Positions 36,482-45,139 of a stretch of DNA of 64,000 nucleotides are shown here, in pieces. The number at the start of each line of letters is the position of its first letter. Position 1 is the stretch's first letter. The DNA is from a virus. Position numbers and translations under genes: made by a program. The stretch spans positions 32,001-96,000 of the IMG/VR virus record IMGVR_UViG_3300023174_000057, one strand, 5' to 3'. The notes below the pieces were generated by a model. The model did not search any database and was not told where the DNA came from. It saw only the letters and a program-made list of their open reading frames with translations.

Positions 36482-36787
36482 GTGCCCCCTCCCACCGTCT
36501 ACTTCGTCCAGTCTGACTTCCCCGACGGCCCGGTGAAGATCGGGTACACGGGAAGGAGGGTGCGGCAACGGTTGGCTGAAGGCCAGACCTTCGCCCACCA
36601 AGAACTCACCCTGTTGGCCGAGACCTACGGCACGATGGCCGACGAGGCCAAGCTACACCGTCTGTTCGCCCACCAGCGGGTGCGGGGGGAGTGGTTCCGC
36701 TACGAGGGGGGGCTCCAAGAGCTCGTCATGATGCTCGCCCTTGAGGAAGGCACGCTCCAAGCGTGGCTGGACGCGCACGACCTGTGA
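36482..36787 (+). CDS. GIY-YIG family T5orf172/MUG113-like protein
   Basis: VYFVQ, VKIGYT, EAKLHRLF, GEWF. Confidence 0.78.
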   Translation: MPPPTVYFVQSDFPDGPVKIGYTGRRVRQRLAEGQTFAHQELTLLAETYGTMADEAKLHRLFAHQRVRGEWFRYEGGLQELVMMLALEEGTLQAWLDAHDL

Positions 36788-36818
36788 CGCGGTATCCCGT
36801 CTCTACGGAGCGCCCTGT

Positions 36819-37112
36819 GTGAGCAAGGTCATCAACACCGCCGGGATGACCCCCTTTGAGGTGGTCGTTGACGGCACGGTCCCGGCCACCACCCGGTTCG
36901 TGCGTGCCCTCATCCGCACCAATGCCAAAGTCGGCAACTCGCAGACGCACGCCAAGAGCCAGATGAAGTTCTTGGTGTGGATCGCCCCCACGATGATCGC
37001 CACCTTTGAGGCGTTCTGCGTCCCGCTTTCCTTCCAGTTCGTGAGCGCCACCGTGATCCGTCCCGATGGCACTCTCGACCCTGCGAAGGCCGGGGCGGGC
37101 AAGCCCCGCTAG
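36819..37112 (+). CDS. Hypothetical protein
   Basis: Codon bias; start uncertain. Confidence 0.45.
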   Translation: MSKVINTAGMTPFEVVVDGTVPATTRFVRALIRTNAKVGNSQTHAKSQMKFLVWIAPTMIATFEAFCVPLSFQFVSATVIRPDGTLDPAKAGAGKPR

Positions 37113-37113
37113 C

Positions 37114-37431
37114 TCACCCGATCATCTCCCCGACCCGGGCGGCGAGCGCGGCGACGTGCTTGCACGCGACCTTGCGCTGCGTGCAGTCCGGGCAGGTGCA
37201 GTGGAACCCTCGCCGGGGGCCGAGGGTGATTCGGGTGGCGTACTTGCCACCCTCGCCCGTGCGGGCGGTGACCCCGTTGAGGGTCGCGCCGTTGAGGGAG
37301 AGCTTCACGCTCTCCACCGTGACGGTCGCCGCCCGGACGGCGCGGGCGGGGTCGGTCACGCCCGCGAGAGCGCGGAGGGCGGCGGACACGGTGGAGGCGG
37401 CGGGGGCGACGGCGGTGGTCATCGTGTTCAT
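37114..37431 (-). CDS. SWIM zinc-finger protein
   Basis: FHCTCPD...ACKHVAAL. Confidence 0.75.
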   Translation of the reverse strand: MNTMTTAVAPAASTVSAALRALAGVTDPARAVRAATVTVESVKLSLNGATLNGVTARTGEGGKYATRITLGPRRGFHCTCPDCTQRKVACKHVAALAARVGEMIG

Positions 37432-37501
37432 AAACCCACCACGGAGCACCCCCCGTCCCTGTAACCGAGAATCGACATGGGGCCATAGGTAGGGTGGCGG
37501 C

Positions 37502-39334
37502 ATGACTCGACCCGTGACTGCCCTCTTCCAGCCCACCGTCATCCTCCTTGCAGAAATGTCTCTCGTCCCTCAAGGTCTCGATGACCTCGTGGAGTGGGTC
37601 GGGGACTACCGCCCGGAGTGCCTCCCCGGTGAGAGCCCCACGGGCATGGACCTGTTCCCCCACGGTGGTGCGCGCGACGACGGGGGTGTGCTCACGGGCA
37701 ATGAGCTCTTGGTCGAGCTCGCGGGCCGAAATTGTTATGACAAGGAGACCGAGGTACTCACGGAAACTGGGTGGGTGAAGTTCCCGGACCTCCCCCAAGG
37801 TGTGCCCATCGCCACGTACAACCAAGGTACCGGGATGGTCGAGTATCAAGTACCGACGGACTACATCCAGAAGAAGTACACCGGGGCGATGTATCGGGTG
37901 GATTCCCGGTCAGTCTCTCTTCGTGTGACCGAAGACCATGACATCTGGCATGGGGATCGGAGCCGCTGGTGGAGCTTCTCACCGGCTCGCGAGGTGGCTG
38001 GCCATTCCTACAGGCTCCTCCGTACGGCACCCTATGCAGGGGATGGGTTCGTGGAGCCCTTCTGGGAGGTTCCCACTGACAAGTCTCTGGCATGGGCTAC
38101 GTTTCTCGGGTATCTCGTGACCGAGGGTTATGTGTTCGACGGGCGCGGGAGGGGCACTGGATCAAGGGTCACTCTTTTCCAGAAGCCTGCGAAGGCAGGT
38201 CCCATTCTCGCGTGTCTGGCAGAACTGGGTTTCACCCCCCGTGTCCAGACCGATGCGCGGAATGGTGTTCTCCAGATCACTGTGGGGAACACCAAACTCG
38301 CACAGGCACTCCTCCCTTGGGCGGGGGTGCCGTCTCATCACAAGCGTCTCCCCAACCATGTTTTCAACTGGCCGATGGGTGTTCGGGCTGCGCTGGTCAA
38401 CGCCATGATGGCTGGTGATGGGACCGTCACCAATGGGCACCGGGTCTTCTACACGTCTTCACCGGGGCTCGCTGAAGACATGCAGCGCCTCATCACTCTC
38501 TCCGGGAAACCGGGGTCTCTGCACAACGTCCAGAGGGTGCAACGGGAGACCGGGTTCTCGTCGCGTCACCCGAGCTACACTGTTCGGGAGTGTGGACGGA
38601 ACGAAGTCACCATCAACAAGCACGGTGTGGCCCATGACGGGTGGGAGGAGACATCAGATGAGGATGTCTACTGCGTGACGGTGCCCAATCGAACCCTTCT
38701 CGTCCGCCGTGACCGGAAGGTGGTGGTGTGTGCAAATTGCTACCACTCCTACGGGGCCAAGGCGGGCAAGAAGTCCAACGCCCAGTACATCGCCCACACC
38801 CAGAGCGGGGCCGTCCCGCACCGCTCGATCATGTACCACGCCAAGATGACCTTCTTCGTCGGCGGCATCTCTCGGCGGGTCAGTCACGAGCTCATCCGCC
38901 ACTACGTCGGCGCGGACAGGTCCGAGGAAGGTTCACCGTCGCAGGAGTCCACCCGGTACACTCACCACCCGGGGCACTTCGTCGTCCCCCCGAAGATGGC
39001 CGAGGACGGTAACGCCGTGGAGCAGTTCATGGCGTCGATGAGCTCCGCGTACACCGCGTACCACGAGTACATCGAGCGGGAGGTCGAAGCCTATCGTGCG
39101 GCATCGGGCGAGGAGCCCAAGGGGCTGTCCCGCAAGCGCATCTATGAGGCGGCGGCGGGGTTGCTCCCGATGCAAGCTGCCACGTCCCTCGTCTGGACGG
39201 CGAACCCGGTGAGCCTCGCGAAGATGTTTTTGGAGCGTACGGACGAGAGCTCCGACGCGGAGTTCCGGCGTCTCGCCCTGCACTGGCAGAAGTTGTGTGT
39301 CGCCCGGTGGCCCAATCTGTTTCCGAGGGCGTAA
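37502..39334 (+). CDS. thyX: FAD-dependent thymidylate synthase containing an intein
   Basis: AGRN[intein]CYHS, ISRRVSHELIRH, SQESTRY, AAGLLP. Confidence 0.88.
   Translation: MTRPVTALFQPTVILLAEMSLVPQGLDDLVEWVGDYRPECLPGESPTGMDLFPHGGARDDGGVLTGNELLVELAGRNCYDKETEVLTETGWVKFPDLPQGVPIATYNQGTGMVEYQVPTDYIQKKYTGAMYRVDSRSVSLRVTEDHDIWHGDRSRWWSFSPAREVAGHSYRLLRTAPYAGDGFVEPFWEVPTDKSLAWATFLGYLVTEGYVFDGRGRGTGSRVTLFQKPAKAGPILACLAELGFTPRVQTDARNGVLQITVGNTKLAQALLPWAGVPSHHKRLPNHVFNWPMGVRAALVNAMMAGDGTVTNGHRVFYTSSPGLAEDMQRLITLSGKPGSLHNVQRVQRETGFSSRHPSYTVRECGRNEVTINKHGVAHDGWEETSDEDVYCVTVPNRTLLVRRDRKVVVCANCYHSYGAKAGKKSNAQYIAHTQSGAVPHRSIMYHAKMTFFVGGISRRVSHELIRHYVGADRSEEGSPSQESTRYTHHPGHFVVPPKMAEDGNAVEQFMASMSSAYTAYHEYIEREVEAYRAASGEEPKGLSRKRIYEAAAGLLPMQAATSLVWTANPVSLAKMFLERTDESSDAEFRRLALHWQKLCVARWPNLFPRA
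37733..38737 (+). mobile_element. Intein with LAGLIDADG endonuclease in ThyX (335 aa)
   Basis: Starts CYDKETEVLT, ends VVCAN before C+1; FLGYLVTEG and AMMAGDG motifs. Confidence 0.88.
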
Positions 39335-39340
39335 GGTAGC

Positions 39341-39384
39341 TCCGGTGCCGCAAGGCGTGGAGGTTCGACCCCTCTCGCTCGCAC
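39341..39384 (+). pseudogene. 3' half of a class II tRNA (Leu-like)
   Basis: Variable arm GCCGCAAGGC, T-arm GGAGG-TTCGACC-CCTCT, acceptor 3' strand CGCTCGC-A; no matching 5' half upstream. Confidence 0.6.
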
Positions 39385-39395
39385 TGGAGACGGCA

Positions 39396-39731
39396 ATGCA
39401 CACCCTGCTTCAAGGCTTCTATCACGTCGGGCGCGACCCTTTCCCCGAGCACCTCTGCACCCTCCCCAACTCTCGGGAGCCCGAGGTCATGGATTCTTCC
39501 GGCGACGCCTACCACGTCGTGGTTCTCGTAGATTGCAGGTTTTCCGTGCATGGTAGGATCGCCAAGATGAAGCCCTACACGGCCCGCGACGACGAAGACG
39601 GTTCGTTGCTATACGGGTGGGTAGACGCGAACGGCAACTTTTCGGACCACGGCGAGAAGTACATCCACGGCGACCATGAGAAGGTGGTCGCTTGGAAGCC
39701 GTGCCCTGCCGACTTCGACCTTCGAGTGTGA
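39396..39731 (+). CDS. Hypothetical protein
   Basis: GGAG SD; ends VVAWKP, typical of small phage ORFs. Confidence 0.55.
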   Translation: MHTLLQGFYHVGRDPFPEHLCTLPNSREPEVMDSSGDAYHVVVLVDCRFSVHGRIAKMKPYTARDDEDGSLLYGWVDANGNFSDHGEKYIHGDHEKVVAWKPCPADFDLRV

Positions 39732-39753
39732 CCGAAAACTGAGGGAAAAGCAC

Positions 39754-39972
39754 ATGGCTTGGGACGCGAACGGATCGCCCATCGAGGGCTCTCAACACCA
39801 CACCCCTGCTCCTACCCCCTCCCCCTCCCCGTCGCGTAAGGGAGCCCTCTCCGACCTCTTCGTCGGATACCGGGAGGCGCTTTCGCTTGCCCTGTCGGAC
39901 GGCGACCTGTCGAAGCTGGACGAGGCTCACGAGGCCCTCAAGTCCCGCATCCGTGAGGACCGACTTCGATGA
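39754..39972 (+). CDS. Hypothetical protein
   Basis: GAGG SD. Confidence 0.5.
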   Translation: MAWDANGSPIEGSQHHTPAPTPSPSPSRKGALSDLFVGYREALSLALSDGDLSKLDEAHEALKSRIREDRLR

Positions 39973-40196
39973 TCCGCAACCTTCGCAAGATGTCCTACGC
40001 CCGACTCGCCGCCATCTCACACGCACCCGAGGTCAAGGCGGAGTTGGAACGCCGAAGGCTTCGCCGCTCCGTTCGCAAGCCTTCAGGGCAACCGAGCAAT
40101 GACTACGACCTGATCGTGAGAGACACGGTGGACCGTGTGCGGAGCGCGATCCTTGCGAAGATACTTTCCAATCTCGGCCTCCCCTCGCGGGGGTAG
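39969..40196 (+). CDS. Hypothetical protein
   Basis: ATGA coupling. Confidence 0.45.
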   Translation: MIRNLRKMSYARLAAISHAPEVKAELERRRLRRSVRKPSGQPSNDYDLIVRDTVDRVRSAILAKILSNLGLPSRG

Positions 40197-40204
40197 GTCA
40201 ACAC

Positions 40205-40287
40205 GGACGGGTGCCCGAGCGGCCAAAGGGAGCAGACTGTAAATCTGCCGGTTCACGCCTACGTTGGTTCAAATCCAACTCCGTCCA
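40205..40287 (+). tRNA. tRNA-Tyr (GTA)
   Basis: GGACGGG/TCCGTCC acceptor stem, anticodon loop CTGTAAA, long variable arm, TTCAAAT T-loop. Confidence 0.93.
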
Positions 40288-40349
40288 CCGCCCGGTACAG
40301 GGACCACCGGGCACCCCCACACTCGGTCCCAGCACACACGGAGACACAC

Positions 40350-40553
40350 ATGAGCACGTCCGGTTATGAGATCCGCCACGCCCTCCTGACCCAAGCGCGG
40401 GAGATGCTGTCCGAGCAGTGGCACGCCGCGATGGAAGTCGAGCGCACCAGCGCCGAGCGGGAGAACCGCAACCCGGTCCTGATCCCCGCCCCCACGGTGG
40501 ACGAGATCAAGGCCACCGCCGAGTCCCTGTACGAGTTCGTGCAGAAGAAGTGA
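40350..40553 (+). CDS. Small conserved phage hypothetical protein
   Basis: GYEIRHALL...PTVDEIKATAESLYEFV; GGAG SD. Confidence 0.7.
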   Translation: MSTSGYEIRHALLTQAREMLSEQWHAAMEVERTSAERENRNPVLIPAPTVDEIKATAESLYEFVQKK

Positions 40554-40581
40554 CCCGCCCCGTGCAGGGCGTAACACGGGG

Positions 40582-41049
40582 ATGCAACCTCTCCCCTGTC
40601 CTGATCTCACCAAGTTCGTGAACACAACCATGTACGAACGCACCCTCACATCCGACGGCTACGAACGCACCCTCACAGCCAAGTTCCTGACTGGACTTCT
40701 TCACAGCCCGGTCTACCGGCGAGCGCACGGCATCGACCGGGTCACGTCGGACATCCATCAGTACCTGTCCCCCCACGACAAGAGAGGGAACGTCCCCACG
40801 GTGTTGCTGCACTATGTGGAGTCTGCCAAGGGAAAGACCCGCCTTGCGGTGAGCGTGCTTCTCAGGAGCGACCCAGAAGGTTCGGTGTCATCCATCCAAG
40901 GGGATCTCACCCGAGGAGCCAACCTCGCAGCGGCAATGTGCGCCAAACTGGGGCTGGTGATGTTCGCTACCGTCCCCATCTCTTACACGACCAATATGTC
41001 TGGGTTGCATATCACATCCGTAGGGGTTCTGGACTTGGGGAGGGCGTAA
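40582..41049 (+). CDS. Hypothetical protein
   Basis: GGGCGTAA motif 7 nt upstream. Confidence 0.5.
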   Translation: MQPLPCPDLTKFVNTTMYERTLTSDGYERTLTAKFLTGLLHSPVYRRAHGIDRVTSDIHQYLSPHDKRGNVPTVLLHYVESAKGKTRLAVSVLLRSDPEGSVSSIQGDLTRGANLAAAMCAKLGLVMFATVPISYTTNMSGLHITSVGVLDLGRA

Positions 41050-41056
41050 TACAAAC

Positions 41057-41191
41057 ATGAGCGAGCGCACCGGGACGATTCAGATGATGTGGGACTGTTC
41101 CCACTGCGGCACCCGCAACCCCGGGATGGGGGGCAAAGAGCGGGAGAGCCTCAAGTGCTCCACCTGCCCGTGTCCGTGCAGCACAGCGTAA
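41057..41191 (+). CDS. 44-aa zinc-ribbon peptide (not in the ORF track)
   Basis: WDCSHCGTRN...KCSTC; GGGCGTAA motif 7 nt upstream. Confidence 0.5.
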   Translation: MSERTGTIQMMWDCSHCGTRNPGMGGKERESLKCSTCPCPCSTA

Positions 41192-41203
41192 GGGGGGATA
41201 GCC

Positions 41204-42574
41204 ATGTCGCTAGACACGAAGCACCGCCCCCGCACCTACGCCGACGTTCTCGGCCAGCGCGAAACGATCACGATCCTCAAGCAGTACGTCTCGACGGGCG
41301 CGGGCTTTCATCAGTCCTACCTGTTCGCGGGGCCGTTCGGGAGCGGCAAGACGACCCTCGCACGGGTGCTCGCCCGAGCTCTGCTGTGCGCCGCCCCGGT
41401 AGACGGCGAGCCCTGCGACCGTTGCACGTCCTGTACATCCCTCTTGGAGGGTGGCACCTCGCCCGATTTCTCCGAGATCGACGCGGCCACCAACAGCGGC
41501 AAGGACTCCGTCCGTCGCATCGTGGACGAGATTCAGTACAGCACCTTCAGCGGGAAGCGGAAGCTGTACCTGCTGGACGAGTCCCACCGTCTGTCCACGG
41601 ACGCCCTCGACGCGCTTCTCAAGCCTCTGGAGGACACCTACCCCGGCACGCAGGACAAGATGCTCGTGTGCATCTTCTGCACGACCGAGCCCGAGCGGAT
41701 GCGAAACACCATCCTGTCTCGGTGCGCCCCAGCGTTCGTCGTTCGCCCGGTACTCCCTGCTCAAGTGGGGGAGCGTTTGGCGATGGTCTGTGACTCCGAG
41801 GGCATCACCTACGAGCGCCCCGCCCTCGATCTGATCGGTGAGATCACCGAGTGCCACATCCGCGACGCACTCAAGGCCGTGGAAGGCGTGTCGATGCTGG
41901 GGGGGATCACCGTCGCCAACGTGGCCCAGTACCTCCACCTCGACTACGCGAACACGGTGCTGGAGATCCTTGGGGCGCTGAAGACGGACCTCCCGACCGC
42001 CCTCGCTCGCGCCGAGGGGCTCCTCAAGACCATGTCCCCCATCACCCTGTACGAGAAGTTGTCGGACATGGCGATGCTCTGTTACAGGAGCTCCCTTGGC
42101 TCCGTTGCGGTTCCGACCTACCTCGACCGCGCTCTCGTGGAGGACGTGGGCAAGTCCGTGGGGGACTCCCTCCTCGACTACGCCGAGAAGCTCTCTGCCC
42201 GACCCGGTCGGCCTACCGCCGCGATGTTGGTCTGCGACCTGTCGCAGTTGCACCGAGGTCCGAGGTCCGTTACCGTCGAGCCCCCAAAAGCACCGACCCC
42301 CAGCGTTCGCCCCAAGACAGAGGGTAACGTCAAGCCACCCGATGATAAGCCATCTATCGTGGATTCGGTGTACATCAACCCACGCGCGGTCAACGCCCGC
42401 GTGCCTGACGCTTCACCGCCGCCCGTCTCGTCTGCTCCGTCCGCTTACAAGCCGTTGGAGTTCTTTCAACTCGTCAAGCGCAGAGTGACCGAACTCACGA
42501 CGCAGAACGGGTCAGACGTTGGACAAGCGGGACGAAACGACATGGGCGACTTTGGAACTCACCAAGGCGGGTGA
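41204..42574 (+). CDS. dnaX: DNA polymerase III gamma/tau clamp-loader ATPase
   Basis: KHRPRTYADVLGQ, GPFGSGKTT, Zn Cys motif, EIDAA, LDESH, ILSRC. Confidence 0.9.
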   Translation: MSLDTKHRPRTYADVLGQRETITILKQYVSTGAGFHQSYLFAGPFGSGKTTLARVLARALLCAAPVDGEPCDRCTSCTSLLEGGTSPDFSEIDAATNSGKDSVRRIVDEIQYSTFSGKRKLYLLDESHRLSTDALDALLKPLEDTYPGTQDKMLVCIFCTTEPERMRNTILSRCAPAFVVRPVLPAQVGERLAMVCDSEGITYERPALDLIGEITECHIRDALKAVEGVSMLGGITVANVAQYLHLDYANTVLEILGALKTDLPTALARAEGLLKTMSPITLYEKLSDMAMLCYRSSLGSVAVPTYLDRALVEDVGKSVGDSLLDYAEKLSARPGRPTAAMLVCDLSQLHRGPRSVTVEPPKAPTPSVRPKTEGNVKPPDDKPSIVDSVYINPRAVNARVPDASPPPVSSAPSAYKPLEFFQLVKRRVTELTTQNGSDVGQAGRNDMGDFGTHQGG

Positions 42575-43121
42575 GGGAAAAGCCATTGAGGGGGGTCTGT
42601 CCCGGTCTCTGCGCTCGTTGTTGGGGGTGGACGAGTCCTTCCCGGTCTTCGTGCCCTATGCCAGTTACACCAAGGGGGGCCGCACCGTATCGGTGCGACT
42701 GATCGAGGGCTATGCCTTCGTCGGCACGGGCCTTCCCGAGGTCAAGTACTTCGGGCTGGAGCGGTCTGCTCTGGTGGCGCGGGTCTTCTCGGCCAGCATG
42801 AACGGGATGCGTGTCCTACACACGCTCCCCAACACCGAGATCGAGGGGATGCGGTCGCGCCTCTCGGAGTCCATGAGCGCCGATTTTGAGGTCGGCACGA
42901 GGGTGCGGATCACCGGGGGCAACTATCGCGACCTTGAGGGAACCATCGTTGACCTGTACGACAAGAAGCTCGCGGTCCGGGTGGAGTTCCGTTCGCTCAC
43001 CTCGATTGTCGTCGTCCCTCGCAACTTGGCGGCTTTCATAACCCCCGACGACTCACCCAAGCCCGAGACCGATGAGCCTCTGTCCCTTGACGAACTGATG
43101 GAGAGCGGGGAATGGACATGA
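42519..43121 (+). CDS. NusG/RfaH-family transcription factor (NGN and KOW domains)
   Basis: LIEGYAFV (NGN); FEVGTRVRITGGNYRDLEGTI (KOW). Confidence 0.75.
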   Translation: MDKRDETTWATLELTKAGEGKAIEGGLSRSLRSLLGVDESFPVFVPYASYTKGGRTVSVRLIEGYAFVGTGLPEVKYFGLERSALVARVFSASMNGMRVLHTLPNTEIEGMRSRLSESMSADFEVGTRVRITGGNYRDLEGTIVDLYDKKLAVRVEFRSLTSIVVVPRNLAAFITPDDSPKPETDEPLSLDELMESGEWT

Positions 43122-43690
43122 CGTGGTTGCTCAACGTGTCCCCCGAGGACACGATCATGTCTTTCGGCAGCATCTTCACCGACCCCGACGAGGACGACCT
43201 CCAAGTGATCGAGCGGGTCCGCAAGATCCTCGACCGCCTCCCGGTGATCGAGGCGGACTTCGTTGATCTGTATTTCTTCCGGCACATCCGGCAGACGGAC
43301 ATCGCGGCGATCTTCGGGGTGAGCCAGCCCACGGTTTGTTACCGCCTCCAGCGGGCGATCCAGCGGATCAAGTACCTGTTGGAGGTGCCCAAGGTCGAAC
43401 TGGAGCCTCTTCGCGCCGACCTGCGGCGCTTCTTCACGGACCCGGTGGACATCGAGATCCTCGTCCTCATGTACGAGACCACCTGCCAGAGTGAAACTGC
43501 CAAGCGTCTGGGCGTGACCCAAGGGTTCGTGCGGCACAGGTTCATCCGCTCGGCCAAGAGGTTGAACACCCACCCCTCGATGCACTTCTACGGCGAGGTG
43601 TTCGCGACCGTCTCGCGTAACCTCAACCTCCTCCGCGAGGTGCAGCGGACCTTCCCGACGATCCGGTCGGGCTACGTCCTCGACTCTTAG
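43112..43690 (+). CDS. Sigma-70 region-4-like double-HTH protein
   Basis: LDRLP...QTDIAAIFGVSQPTV and QSETAKRLGVTQGFV. Confidence 0.65.
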   Translation: MDMTWLLNVSPEDTIMSFGSIFTDPDEDDLQVIERVRKILDRLPVIEADFVDLYFFRHIRQTDIAAIFGVSQPTVCYRLQRAIQRIKYLLEVPKVELEPLRADLRRFFTDPVDIEILVLMYETTCQSETAKRLGVTQGFVRHRFIRSAKRLNTHPSMHFYGEVFATVSRNLNLLREVQRTFPTIRSGYVLDS

Positions 43691-43728
43691 CCCCGGCGCT
43701 ATCTTCCCTATCCACCCCCGTGGGGTAG

Positions 43729-44061
43729 GTGACAACCTTGAAGACCCCTCCTTCGACGGTGCGCGTGGTGATGGCCAAGTCGGTGGCGAACCGATGGCTC
43801 CAAGGGATCACCCGCAGCGAGTACCGCTTCATGATCTTCGGGTTCGCCCATCCGTCGAAGGCCAAGAAGTTTGCCTCGACCCTGCGCTCCATCCGCGACC
43901 GTCAGCACAAGCAAGCCTCTGTGTCCCTCCCAGCCATCTCCGACCTTGGGGTGAAGGATCGCGGCGACATGGTGGAGGTGTGGTCCTCCAACGTCGAAGC
44001 TCTCCGCAAGCTCGCCAAGGTGGCCGAGGCGATGGGGCTCAACACCGACTTCATCTGGTGA
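43729..44061 (+). CDS. Hypothetical protein
   Basis: SVANRWL and KQAS motifs; first gene of the structural block. Confidence 0.6.
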   Translation: MTTLKTPPSTVRVVMAKSVANRWLQGITRSEYRFMIFGFAHPSKAKKFASTLRSIRDRQHKQASVSLPAISDLGVKDRGDMVEVWSSNVEALRKLAKVAEAMGLNTDFIW

Positions 44062-44067
44062 CGGACG

Positions 44068-44496
44068 ATGGCTTTCCAGCGCACCAACTTCGACTTCACC
44101 TACCGTAGTGGTGTCTCTCCGAACTACTACTACTTCACGATCAGCATCGACCAAGGCGGGTTGATCTCGGTCAAGAACATCGAGAGCCCACAGGGGCGGA
44201 TCGTTGACTCACAGACTTCCATCCCGCAGTCCGTGACCGACGACATTCAGTCGGCCATCGCCCAAGTGGAGAACTTTGTGGCCCAGACCAGCGCCGTGAA
44301 TGGACAACTGACCTTCGCCGGGGAAACCACCAAGACGGTGACCTTCGTGACGCCGTTCGTGGGCACGTCCTACCGGGTGGTGTTCTCGGTGCAGGACTTC
44401 GTGCCCGTGCGGGTCACGGGGAAAACCACTACCGGGTTTCAAGTCCAAGTCGGCGTGGTTTATACCGGAATTGTGGGATATGATGTCTTTGTCTAG
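44068..44496 (+). CDS. Putative structural protein (beta-rich)
   Basis: C-terminal VTFVTPF...GKTTTGF resembles tail-fibre/lectin-like ends. Confidence 0.55.
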   Translation: MAFQRTNFDFTYRSGVSPNYYYFTISIDQGGLISVKNIESPQGRIVDSQTSIPQSVTDDIQSAIAQVENFVAQTSAVNGQLTFAGETTKTVTFVTPFVGTSYRVVFSVQDFVPVRVTGKTTTGFQVQVGVVYTGIVGYDVFV

Positions 44497-45136
44497 GGCC
44501 AAACTGGGCGGTGTTTACCGCATCAATCTGTCCCCGATCCACTTCTATGTAGGCCGCACCTCTGATCTTTCCCGGAGGGCTCAGACGCATCTGCGGCTTC
44601 TCCGTCAGGGCAAGCATGAGAACGGGTATATGCAGCGGGTGTTCAACCAGTACCTCCAGTTTGAGTGGGAGATTTTGTTGCCCTGCGCGAGCACGGAGGA
44701 TGCTGTAAAAGCCGAGCAGTTCTTGCTCAACAGCTTGTTCAGGACAGATGGTTGCGTGAACCTGAGCCAGAATGCGGTGTACGGCCCCGGAATGACCGGG
44801 AAGCGGCACACCGAAGCCACGAAGAAGCTGATTAGGGAGGCCAGAACCTACCAGACCTTTTCTGATGAAACTCGGCAGAAAATGTCCCGTGCGAATAAGG
44901 GGAACCAGAGAGCCCGAGGGCACCGTCATCAGAAGTCGGATGATCTGCGACGAAGGATGTCGGAGGCCCAAAAGGGGAGGGCCTTCACAGAAGCCCATCG
45001 CCAAGCTCTGTCTCAGGCTTGGAAGAGTAGACCCCCAGTTTCGGATGCAACACGTCAGAAATTATCTACGGCCCAAAAAGCTCGTTGGGAAAAGGTACGT
45101 CTAGGGCAAACCGTTACCAGCCCGAGCGAGGATTGA
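44480..45136 (+). CDS. GIY-YIG homing endonuclease with NUMOD3 repeats
   Basis: GVYRI...FYVGRT; repeats HTEATKKLI, SDETRQKMS, SDATRQKLS; lower GC. Confidence 0.85.
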   Translation: MMSLSRAKLGGVYRINLSPIHFYVGRTSDLSRRAQTHLRLLRQGKHENGYMQRVFNQYLQFEWEILLPCASTEDAVKAEQFLLNSLFRTDGCVNLSQNAVYGPGMTGKRHTEATKKLIREARTYQTFSDETRQKMSRANKGNQRARGHRHQKSDDLRRRMSEAQKGRAFTEAHRQALSQAWKSRPPVSDATRQKLSTAQKARWEKVRLGQTVTSPSED

Positions 45137-45139
45137 ACA

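Noticed and set aside
39341-40287. Prophage boundary at the tRNA sequences
   Set aside because: Phage-type genes continue on both sides, no integrase is seen, and no host housekeeping synteny is present.
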